DNA from: a virus
Taxonomy: Duplodnaviria > Caudoviricetes
Strand: one strand, 5' to 3'
DNA: 24,183 bases
Virus record (IMG/VR): IMGVR_UViG_3300020182_000190
Span: 1 to 24,183 of that record
Part shown: in pieces, positions 1 to 7,494 of the stretch
Position numbering within the stretch: position 1 is the stretch's first letter
Layout: each line of letters begins with the position of its first letter
Translations under genes and position numbers: made by a program
Notes under the pieces: generated by a model
What the model was told of the DNA's origin: nothing
Seen by the model: the letters and a program-made list of their open reading frames with translations, nothing else
Databases searched by the model: none

Positions 1-262
1 TTAATACTCCCTTAAACTTACCTTTATCAAACCTCATAATGCTGGGATAGTATGATGGTTCAGTTAGTGGGTAATATTCCATACTTTTCATATGTTTTTC
101 ACTGTCCACTACCACTACATTCCATTTTTGGTCTAATTTGTAAAGATATGGGATGATAGATTTACAACTACCGCAACTTGGTTGTATAAATACTACAATT
201 AGATTAGATAGATCGATGAAATTTTTAAGATCATCAGCTTTGAGTATGTTTACCGCATTCAT
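1..262 (-). CDS. Thioredoxin-fold protein (3' end runs off window)
   Basis: Manual translation from ATG 262: MNAVNILKADDLKNFIDLSNLIVVFIQPSCGSCKSIIPYL...VVVVDSE...YYPSIMRFDKGKFKGVL. Hydrophobic strand, then CxxC, a cis-Pro-like 'YPS' and an 'F.KG' hairpin. Absent from the ORF track because there is no stop in the window. Confidence 0.85.
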   Translation of the reverse strand, partial: MNAVNILKADDLKNFIDLSNLIVVFIQPSCGSCKSIIPYLYKLDQKWNVVVVDSEKHMKSMEYYPLTEPSYYPSIMRFDKGKFKGVL

Positions 263-268
263 GTATCG

Positions 269-301
269 GCAATATACATACCATATTTTAGGTATCCACA
301 T
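269..301 (-). promoter_or_regulatory. Putative host-RNAP (Bacteroidota -33/-7 type) promoter for thioredoxin
   Basis: Minus strand reads ATGTG-GATACC...G-TATATTGC, with 20 nt between GTG and TAnnTT; mirrors the element at 354-386. Confidence 0.6.
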
Positions 302-310
302 TATTTTACA

Positions 311-335
311 TTTATTTTTCTTTTTTTTTTTCTTT
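311..335. other. T-tract between divergent promoters (T11 at 321-331)
   Basis: TTTATTTTTCTTTTTTTTTTTCTTT seen directly; an UP-element or bending role is inference. Confidence 0.45.
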
Positions 336-353
336 AACTGCTTATGCGAAAAG

Positions 354-386
354 ACGTGGATACCACAGAGATTTTGTGTATATTTA
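354..386 (+). promoter_or_regulatory. Putative host-RNAP (-33/-7 type) promoter for lipoprotein gene
   Basis: ACGTG (354-358), 20 nt, TATATTTA (379-386); resembles Bacteroidota TTTG-N19-21-TAnnTTTG. Confidence 0.6.
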
Positions 387-417
387 CGGTATATTTAAAC
401 ATTTAAAAATTAAGGTT

Positions 418-1083
418 ATGAAAAATTTATTCAATATTTTACTACTGTGGTTAGTTGTTGTATTATCTAGTTCTTGTTATGATCCATGGAAACATTACGC
501 ATACCCATGTGCTGATGGACATTGTGATGTTGAATTTTGGATAGATACATTAGTTCAACCTAATACCTATATTGATGATAATGGTTTTCACCATATTGAA
601 TATAGAGGTCCTAAATATTTTACTATTTTGGCTAAATTAGATGAAATGCACTCTGATTATGTGAATAATGGTGTTCCTTTAGTTGGATGTGCTTGGGATT
701 CAGATACTTGGATTGCCTTTGATACTATATCTTTTAGAGTTCCAGCATATAGTATTTTAGGATTAAAAAATGGACAAAATGTTCCAATATCTATTGGAGA
801 TCTTACAATTACTATGACAGATTTAGCTGCTCTTCACCCACCCCTTAATATTGCTGGATATCAATTGAATAAAGCAACTTGTTATACTTGCCCCTCTTTT
901 AATACTGGTACTTCAACTATGTATAGTTACAATTCAAAACAACAGTTCTATTTAAATAGAAGAATGGTTGGAGATACAGTTACAATATGGGCCGCTGCAT
1001 TTTTTAATATTGATGCAGGTCCTAAGGAAGAAATACAAGCAGAGTTTAAAATCATAGTAGATGATTACTATGGGATTGATTAA
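418..1083 (+). CDS. Putative lipoprotein, Cys-rich, unknown function
   Basis: Start reassigned from 376 to ATG 418: MKNLFNILLLWLVVVLSSS-C is an SPII-type signal with Cys20. The upstream 14 codons overlap the promoter. Confidence 0.75.
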   Translation: MKNLFNILLLWLVVVLSSSCYDPWKHYAYPCADGHCDVEFWIDTLVQPNTYIDDNGFHHIEYRGPKYFTILAKLDEMHSDYVNNGVPLVGCAWDSDTWIAFDTISFRVPAYSILGLKNGQNVPISIGDLTITMTDLAALHPPLNIAGYQLNKATCYTCPSFNTGTSTMYSYNSKQQFYLNRRMVGDTVTIWAAAFFNIDAGPKEEIQAEFKIIVDDYYGID

Positions 1084-1103
1084 TACTTTGAGTATATTGT
1101 AAA

Positions 1104-1113
1104 ATATTTATAA
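1104..1113 (+). promoter_or_regulatory. Putative late promoter ATATTTATAA
   Basis: Identical 10-mer in four intergenic gaps; ends 11 nt before ATG 1125. Confidence 0.6.
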
Positions 1114-1124
1114 TCAAAAATAAT

Positions 1125-1571
1125 ATGATTGATAAAAATAAACTATTTAGTCTATTTGGTAGTAGTGATGATGATAACTTTGATGAGAAAAAAAGTATCA
1201 AAGAATTTGAAAAGTTGGTTGAAGAGGAGTTAGAACAACCTATGAATAAATTAGGTATGTTTGTTAAACTTATTATTAATCATCTTGTATTTCACCAAAA
1301 ACTAAAAAAATTCTTAGATAAAGAAAGTTCAGGAGCTATTGATTTAGAAACTACTAAAGAAGCAGCATCATTTGCTGTATTTAATAGAGCTTGGCATTAT
1401 GTCAAAGATTTAGATTTGAAAAATAAAAATCATTGTAAAGCAGTTATGGATTATAAAAGTGGTCCCCTAAAACAAACATTAGGGGAAGCTATTTCATATT
1501 TTGAGGAGGTGGAAGAATACGAAAAATGCGCATTTCTTCACACTATTCAGAAACTAAAAAAGAAATATTAA
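1125..1571 (+). CDS. Helical protein with C-terminal UVR (UvrB/UvrC)-like motif
   Basis: C-terminal LGEAISYFEEVEEYEKCAFLHTI resembles the UVR pattern AxxxEdyExAAxlrD. Confidence 0.55.
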   Translation: MIDKNKLFSLFGSSDDDNFDEKKSIKEFEKLVEEELEQPMNKLGMFVKLIINHLVFHQKLKKFLDKESSGAIDLETTKEAASFAVFNRAWHYVKDLDLKNKNHCKAVMDYKSGPLKQTLGEAISYFEEVEEYEKCAFLHTIQKLKKKY

Positions 1572-1587
1572 AAACTTATTACAAAAA

Positions 1588-1620
1588 ACGTGCCTAAGCC
1601 AAAGAAGGGTAGTAACTTCG
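1588..1620 (+). promoter_or_regulatory. Putative host-RNAP (-33/-7 type) promoter for the 62aa-HD-TM-sigma operon
   Basis: ACGTG (1588-1592), 20 nt, TAACTTCG (1613-1620); same spacing as the other two copies. Confidence 0.55.
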
Positions 1621-1683
1621 ACCCTGTGTAGTTAGGTAGAGAGAGTAGGAATAATAAATGAATAAAGTTAAACAAACAAAGTT

Positions 1684-1872
1684 ATGAAAAACAGAAATTA
1701 TATAAACAAACAACTAGACAATTTAGAGGGAGTACTAGGAAATCTAAGAGGAATAGTTAGTAAGCAGGAACCACTAGAAACGTATCTAAAAGCATTAGAA
1801 AAAGCAGGCGAACTAGTAGAGGAAGTAAGGAGTCAAATAGAAAATGAACCATTATCATCTAGAGAAGGGTAA
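1684..1872 (+). CDS. Small helical/coiled-coil hypothetical protein
   Basis: 62 aa, heptad Leu pattern, GTTATG start context as at 418 and 1876. Confidence 0.7.
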   Translation: MKNRNYINKQLDNLEGVLGNLRGIVSKQEPLETYLKALEKAGELVEEVRSQIENEPLSSREG

Positions 1873-1875
1873 GTT

Positions 1876-2652
1876 ATGAAGTTGACAGCAGAGCAAATCC
1901 AATCAAATTGGGAGGAATTCACAGGTAATATTGAGAAATATATTACAGGAGATAGAAAACAAGCATTATTGGATTTCTATAAAAAGTATGAGGAAAGAAT
2001 AATCCTTATGCCTGCATCCCATCTAGATAAATACCATAGTGCATTTCCTGGTGGGTATGTTTATCACGTAAATCGTGTGGTATCTGCTTCACTCACGTTA
2101 TCCACTGTATGGGCTGAGGCCGGTTGTGATATGACGACATTCACCGAAGAAGAGTTAGTATTTAGCGCTATCAACCACGATTTAGGTAAAATGGGTGATG
2201 AGGAAAATGAATCATACATCCCTCAAACTGATAACTGGAGACGAGAAAAGCTGGGTGAGGATTATATGTTTAATAAAAAAGTATCATTTGCTTCCGTTCC
2301 CGATAGAGGATTATTTCTCCTCCAATCACATAACATCCAGTACTCGTTCAATGAGATGATTGCTATTCAGACACATGATGGGTTATATGATGAGGCAAAT
2401 ACAAAGTATTTGAAAACATTCATGCCCGAACAAAAACCTCGTACATCTTTACCTTTTATACTCCACCAAGCAGATTTAATGTCAGCACGAATAGAGTTTG
2501 AAATGGAGTGGTTACCAAAACTCTCAGGTAAAAATGTGGAGCCCCAAAAGAAGTCACGTACCTTGGGTAATAACAAGAATACAAATATAAAATCCAAAGC
2601 ATTAGGTACTATAGCCAGCCCAGGATTAAAAAATATGTTAGATAGCTTATGA
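1876..2652 (+). CDS. HD-domain phosphohydrolase, YhaM/Cbf1-like
   Basis: PAS..YHSAFPGGYVYH, HDLGKMG, THDG and LHQAD motifs; lacks the N-terminal OB fold of YhaM. Confidence 0.85.
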   Translation: MKLTAEQIQSNWEEFTGNIEKYITGDRKQALLDFYKKYEERIILMPASHLDKYHSAFPGGYVYHVNRVVSASLTLSTVWAEAGCDMTTFTEEELVFSAINHDLGKMGDEENESYIPQTDNWRREKLGEDYMFNKKVSFASVPDRGLFLLQSHNIQYSFNEMIAIQTHDGLYDEANTKYLKTFMPEQKPRTSLPFILHQADLMSARIEFEMEWLPKLSGKNVEPQKKSRTLGNNKNTNIKSKALGTIASPGLKNMLDSL

Positions 2653-2939
2653 CAGTTGAATTTGAGATATTAGAAGTGCTAGTAGGGGTTTTATCCCCTA
2701 TAGTTTTAATTTTAGGATTTGCAGTTATTAATCTTCTTCGTAAATTAGAAAAATTAGAAGATGGAATGATTGATTATGATAACTACATTATTGGACTCAC
2801 TAAACAAATAGAATATTCCAGTGAACGATTAAATAAGATTGATGAAAAGGGAATGTTTGAGGGAGATGATGAGATTGGATGGTTTTTTAAGCACATCCAA
2901 GAAATCCAAAATAAACTAGAAAGATTTAAAGCAAATTAA
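2649..2939 (+). CDS. Membrane-anchored coiled-coil protein
   Basis: Hydrophobic VLVGVLSPIVLILGFAVINLL followed by RK and a coiled coil; ATGA overlap with the HD gene. Confidence 0.7.
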   Translation: MTVEFEILEVLVGVLSPIVLILGFAVINLLRKLEKLEDGMIDYDNYIIGLTKQIEYSSERLNKIDEKGMFEGDDEIGWFFKHIQEIQNKLERFKAN

Positions 2940-3650
2940 ATGATTAAGAAAAGAAAACCTAAAAGTAAAAATTATTTTACTCAAGAGACAGAGGACTCTA
3001 TTGTACTATATAATGCATCTATAGATTCAGAGTTTAAGTCTAAAATATATAAGGAAAAGATTCATTACGCATTCTTTAAACTTACAGAGAATATAATCCA
3101 CACTTTTAAGTTTTACCATACTGAGGTAGAGGAGTTAGAGCACCTACAACATGAAATAATAGTTTTCCTATTATCTAAAATCCATTTATTTGACCCCAGT
3201 AGAGGTGCTAAGGCATATTCATATTTTGGTACCATTGTAAAAAGATGGTTAATATTATATACTACTAAAAACTACAATACTAAAATTAAAAAAGTAGATA
3301 TTGATGTATTAGTACAAGATAACTCACCTCACTCATATGATATGGATGATATAGGTGGAGAAACTGTAGATGATTTAAGTAAATACATAGATATATTTGT
3401 TAATCATGTTACCGAAAATATTTATGAGTTATTTCCTAAAAAGAATGACGCTCAGATAGCTGATGCGGTTTTAGAGTTATTTAGAAAGAGAGATACAATA
3501 GATGTATTCAATAAAAAGGCACTTTATATCTACATTCGTGAGATAGTTGACGTTAAAACTCCTAAAATTACCAAAGTAGCAGATAAACTACACAATATAT
3601 TTAAAAGTAAATACTATTTTTATTTAGAAAACGGACATTGTAAATTTTAA
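2940..3650 (+). CDS. Phage RNA polymerase sigma factor (region-2-like; T4 gp55-like late sigma candidate)
   Basis: LQHEIIVFLLSKIHLFDPSRGAKAYSYFGTIVKRWL matches sigma regions 2.2-2.4; gp55-like N-terminal 'KNYF'; directly upstream of the structural module. Confidence 0.7.
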   Translation: MIKKRKPKSKNYFTQETEDSIVLYNASIDSEFKSKIYKEKIHYAFFKLTENIIHTFKFYHTEVEELEHLQHEIIVFLLSKIHLFDPSRGAKAYSYFGTIVKRWLILYTTKNYNTKIKKVDIDVLVQDNSPHSYDMDDIGGETVDDLSKYIDIFVNHVTENIYELFPKKNDAQIADAVLELFRKRDTIDVFNKKALYIYIREIVDVKTPKITKVADKLHNIFKSKYYFYLENGHCKF

Positions 3651-3665
3651 ACTTACACTTTTCCC

Positions 3666-3675
3666 ATATTTATAA
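3666..3675 (+). promoter_or_regulatory. Putative late promoter ATATTTATAA
   Basis: Intergenic; ends 14 nt before ATG 3690. Confidence 0.65.
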
Positions 3676-3689
3676 CTAAAAACAATATT

Positions 3690-4037
3690 ATGAGTGGTTT
3701 GAACAGTGTCGTTTTTGGGAAAAAGAAATTTTCTGATATATTAAATGAAATTTACAATAATCAAAAGAAAAAAGAAGACCAAATATCAGGTCTAATATCA
3801 GAACTTAAACCTCTAGTACAAGATATTGGAGACGCTACCCTCATAGTACCGCTTATCAAAGAATATTTAGAAATTGGCGTTAGAAACGATGAACAACTCA
3901 TTAAAATGGCTACTATAGTACAGCGTGTGATTAATAATAGTAGCAACGAAGATTCAATGGGTATTACCGATTCTGAAAAAGAAGAACTATTAGCTGAACT
4001 TGATAAGTTGAATACTAATCTATCAACTAAGGACTAA
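3690..4037 (+). CDS. Hypothetical helical protein
   Basis: 115 aa ORF with amphipathic helices; first gene after the late motif. Confidence 0.7.
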   Translation: MSGLNSVVFGKKKFSDILNEIYNNQKKKEDQISGLISELKPLVQDIGDATLIVPLIKEYLEIGVRNDEQLIKMATIVQRVINNSSNEDSMGITDSEKEELLAELDKLNTNLSTKD

Positions 4038-4039
4038 TA

Positions 4040-5335
4040 ATGGATAAGGTTGGAATATCATATTTAAGTAGGAATTCTAACACTGTTGGTAATACTGAGG
4101 AGTTAGGTATTTTAAATGATAAGATGGTAACCGCTAGAGTAGTGGATATTTCTCTTAATAGTAACTCTCAGTTATTTAATCAAACAGGACAGTGGGGAGG
4201 AATAGGAACTATTCAATATCAACTAGTATCGACACCTACCTCACCAATAGTTTCAAACCAATCATTATCCAGTAATTTAGCAAAACCTTTATTTCCTCAA
4301 TTTAAGAACTATCCATTAGTTAATGAGCTAGTAATATTATTTAGATTACCTACAACAGGTGATTCTCAGGCAACAGGAACATATAACTATTATTATTTAA
4401 ACTCTATAGGTATCTGGAATCATCCAGAACAAAATGGCATTCCTAATGTTTATTCTACTAATACAACTGAATCACCCTCACAAAATAAAAGTAATGATTC
4501 TATTGAGTTAGGTAATATACAACAACCTAGTGGTACTTCATTTCAATTGGATTTAAATGGTAATAGCGGAGGAGATTTTATAGAAAAGGGAAATATTAGA
4601 CCTATTCTTTCCTTTATTGGGGATCAAATTTTTGAAGGTAGATTTTCTAATAGTATAAGATTAGGCAGTACATCACCTTCCTTTGGATCAGTACAAAATA
4701 ACTGGTCAGTAACTGGTGAAATTGGTAGTCCTATTACAATATTAAGAAATGGACAACCTAAGGATTTAGGAGAACCAGGTTGGTTACCTGTAACTGAAAA
4801 TATAAATACGGATTTATCTTCTATTTATTTAACTTCTACCCAACAAATTCCAATTGATGTATCAGTAGCAAGTTCTACAACAGGAGGTGGAGCTACTGTT
4901 CCTTTTTCCAATGTAATAAAAGAAACCCCACAATCACCTAAATCATATAATCAACAACAGATTATTTTAAATTCTGGTAGATTAATATTTAACACTAATG
5001 TTGATAGTATTTTAATGTCTTCCCAAAAATCAATAGCAATGGAATCTGTTGAAGGTTTAGGTATTAAATCATTAGAAGGCAATGTTAACTTATTATCCCC
5101 AAAAGGTATAGTATCTTTAGGTAGACAAAATGCTAGTGAATCTTTAGTACTAGGAGATGCCTTTATGACTCAGTTTTCAAACTTATTAGATAATTTAAAT
5201 ATTGTATTAACAGCATTAAATGGTGAACCATTAGTACCTGCAGCTGCGGCAGCAGCCTTTTTAGTAAAAGAAAGTTTATCAGCAATAAAAAGTCAAATTC
5301 CAAATTTAACCTCTAAATCAGTTAAAACTGCATAA
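4040..5335 (+). CDS. Baseplate central spike/hub-like protein (gp5/gpV-like)
   Basis: OB-fold-like N-terminus (AKPLFP..KNYPLVNELV), GDQIFEGRFSNSIRLG, C-terminal beta-repeat strands (IILNSGRLIFN...VSLG..LVLGD); lies upstream of gp25 and gp6. Confidence 0.6.
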   Translation: MDKVGISYLSRNSNTVGNTEELGILNDKMVTARVVDISLNSNSQLFNQTGQWGGIGTIQYQLVSTPTSPIVSNQSLSSNLAKPLFPQFKNYPLVNELVILFRLPTTGDSQATGTYNYYYLNSIGIWNHPEQNGIPNVYSTNTTESPSQNKSNDSIELGNIQQPSGTSFQLDLNGNSGGDFIEKGNIRPILSFIGDQIFEGRFSNSIRLGSTSPSFGSVQNNWSVTGEIGSPITILRNGQPKDLGEPGWLPVTENINTDLSSIYLTSTQQIPIDVSVASSTTGGGATVPFSNVIKETPQSPKSYNQQQIILNSGRLIFNTNVDSILMSSQKSIAMESVEGLGIKSLEGNVNLLSPKGIVSLGRQNASESLVLGDAFMTQFSNLLDNLNIVLTALNGEPLVPAAAAAAFLVKESLSAIKSQIPNLTSKSVKTA

Positions 5336-5337
5336 AT

Positions 5338-6699
5338 ATGGATGTTAAATCAATATTACAATTAGCTGAGGGGTTTGTGAAATCACCAAGGGGTTCACAA
5401 GTATTATCTAACCTTAAAGGTAAAGTAACAAAAAATCCTGAAAATAAACCATCAATTGTTACTTTTGTTACTAAAGGAAGAGTATATGATCAACAAACCA
5501 ATGAATCATTACAAGGAGTTAATATAAAACCCTTAGAAGTATTATATCCTATGAAATCATTTAAAAATGATGAAGGTAAATTAGAATATAAGTATGATAA
5601 AGATGGCAATAAAGAAATTAAAACGGATTTAAATGGAGAATTTGAAATAAGATTTGGGATTCCGGTTTTACCTACCCTTCCTAATGTTGTTTTAGGACAA
5701 CCTAAATTAACATATAATTTAAAAAATTATGCTCCCCAATTACAAACTATTATTACTGGTAATGGTGAAGTTTTATCTCAACTCCCACCCATGGGTTTAC
5801 TTAATCTAAAAGTATCATCTTTAATAGCATCTGCAGGATTAAAAAATGAAGCTAATTTAGCTATACAAAAAGTATCTGCTTTTGTTTTAAATCCTATTGA
5901 AAGATCAATTGTTGTAATTAAAAATTCTGTACTAACTGTTACAAGTTCAATTCAAAATAAATTGTTTCCCCTAGCCATAGAATTATTAATAGTATTTGGT
6001 ATTGCAAAATTATCACAATCAGGTGAGGCACAATGTCCTGATAATGCTTTATTAAAATTAACTATTAAAAAAAGAAATTCTATAGTAAAACAATTAAATA
6101 ATGTATATAAAATTATTACCCTCAACACCGCATTAGTAGCTTTATTTTTATTTATTAGTAATTTATTTAAACAAGGTAAAATAGCAGTAGGTAATTTACC
6201 TATTCCTTTATCAGTACCTCCAGGTATTGGTTTACCCTATTCTGTAGTCTCTCAGTTAGAAAATATAAAAGAATTATTTGAAACATTATCAGATGTTAAT
6301 AAAGATTTGAAAAGATCATTAATTATAGCACTAATATTTCTAATAGCATCTTTAGTTATAATATTAAGATATTTAAAAAAGATAGATGAATTAATAGAAA
6401 GGTGTGCTGGTGAAAATGAAGGGTTAGAAATGACAGAAATTAATAATGAACTACTAGCTATTGGAAAAGAATCAGTAGAACAAGGTAACCCAGTGGTAAC
6501 CAATGTAAATGGTTTTGAAATTTCCGTAGAAGTAGATCAACAAAGTAAAACAGGAGAATTATATAAAAGAAGAGCTATTGGGAAAAATAGCGCAGGGGTA
6601 ACTATTTTAAAAGGAGATGGGTCATTTAGTGCTGAAGATCAAATATTAATTGATGAGTTATCATTTTATATTGTCCAAAATAACTTAAAAGCAGATTAA
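5338..6699 (+). CDS. Protein with CarboxypepD_reg-like domain and several hydrophobic helices
   Basis: KGRVYDQQTNESLQGVNI...TDLNGEFEI; hydrophobic segments LAIELLIVFGIA, TALVALFLFISNL, LIIALIFLIASLVIIL. Confidence 0.6.
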   Translation: MDVKSILQLAEGFVKSPRGSQVLSNLKGKVTKNPENKPSIVTFVTKGRVYDQQTNESLQGVNIKPLEVLYPMKSFKNDEGKLEYKYDKDGNKEIKTDLNGEFEIRFGIPVLPTLPNVVLGQPKLTYNLKNYAPQLQTIITGNGEVLSQLPPMGLLNLKVSSLIASAGLKNEANLAIQKVSAFVLNPIERSIVVIKNSVLTVTSSIQNKLFPLAIELLIVFGIAKLSQSGEAQCPDNALLKLTIKKRNSIVKQLNNVYKIITLNTALVALFLFISNLFKQGKIAVGNLPIPLSVPPGIGLPYSVVSQLENIKELFETLSDVNKDLKRSLIIALIFLIASLVIILRYLKKIDELIERCAGENEGLEMTEINNELLAIGKESVEQGNPVVTNVNGFEISVEVDQQSKTGELYKRRAIGKNSAGVTILKGDGSFSAEDQILIDELSFYIVQNNLKAD

Positions 6700-6703
6700 A
6701 TCA

Positions 6704-6713
6704 ATATTTATAA
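6704..6713 (+). promoter_or_regulatory. Putative late promoter ATATTTATAA
   Basis: Intergenic; ends 18 nt before ATG 6732. Confidence 0.65.
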
Positions 6714-6731
6714 CAAAACATATATTAAGAT

Positions 6732-7082
6732 ATGAAACTAAGTGAATTAAAGTCCGTTGTAAAAGAAGCAGTTAAAGAAGCTATTCAAGAAGAGATGAAA
6801 GACATCCTTCTAGAAGCAGTAAGATCACCTCAACCCGTGATTTCTACAGCTCCTGCTCAACAAAATGTACCTATGTCAGAAGATAATAGGTTAGCTATGA
6901 GAGAAAATATTCAAAATGTATTAGGTGGTATGATGCCTGATGCCAATGGTACTATATCTGCTACATCAGCAAATGTACCTATGCAAGTAACTAATACTAA
7001 TACCGCATCTCCTGATGGTCAACTACCCCAAGGAGAAGTATCAACAGATCAAATTATGAATTTAATGAAAGGTAAAGTATAA
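6732..7082 (+). CDS. Hypothetical protein (N-terminal helix, disordered remainder)
   Basis: MKLSELKSVVKEAVKEAIQEE helix, then P/Q/M/N-rich sequence. Confidence 0.7.
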   Translation: MKLSELKSVVKEAVKEAIQEEMKDILLEAVRSPQPVISTAPAQQNVPMSEDNRLAMRENIQNVLGGMMPDANGTISATSANVPMQVTNTNTASPDGQLPQGEVSTDQIMNLMKGKV

Positions 7083-7086
7083 TAAA

Positions 7087-7494
7087 ATGGCATTTGGAGC
7101 GGTACAAAAATTTCCTAATGATACAAGACCAAGAGTTGGTATTGGAGTTAGTCTCCCTTTTAACTCTGGTGATGTATTTACCCCAAATTATACTACTAAG
7201 GAAGCTATTAAGAATAACTTAATAAACTTTTTCCTTACTAACGTAGGAGAAAGACCAGGTAATCCTGAGTTTGGTGGGGGATTAAGAGAATTTATATTTT
7301 CCCAAATAACAGAAAATAATTTAGATTTTTTAAAAGAAGATGTTGCTGATAAAATAGGTACACATTTTCCAAATGTTAATGTTCAAGAATTAAATGTATT
7401 ATCTAATCCAGATAACAATTCAATTACAGTACAAGTATTCTACTCGGTTATAAACACTACAATTAATGATGATTTAGAATTAAACTTCGCATAA
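7087..7494 (+). CDS. Baseplate wedge/sheath initiator, gp25/gpW-like
   Basis: IKNNLINFFLTNVGERPGNPEFGGGLREFIF signature. Confidence 0.9.
   Translation: MAFGAVQKFPNDTRPRVGIGVSLPFNSGDVFTPNYTTKEAIKNNLINFFLTNVGERPGNPEFGGGLREFIFSQITENNLDFLKEDVADKIGTHFPNVNVQELNVLSNPDNNSITVQVFYSVINTTINDDLELNFA

Noticed and set aside
185-192. Canonical T4 late promoter TATAAATA on the plus strand
   Set aside because: Inside the thioredoxin CDS with no nearby plus-strand start; probably chance
153-398. 81-aa plus-strand ORF with poly-Phe
   Set aside because: Antisense to the thioredoxin and runs through the T-tract and promoters; shadow ORF
376-417. N-terminal extension of the lipoprotein in the ORF track
   Set aside because: Overlaps the promoter; ATG 418 gives a canonical signal peptide
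3690-4037. Small terminase subunit identity
   Set aside because: Size and helicity fit, but there is no diagnostic motif and no adjacent large terminase
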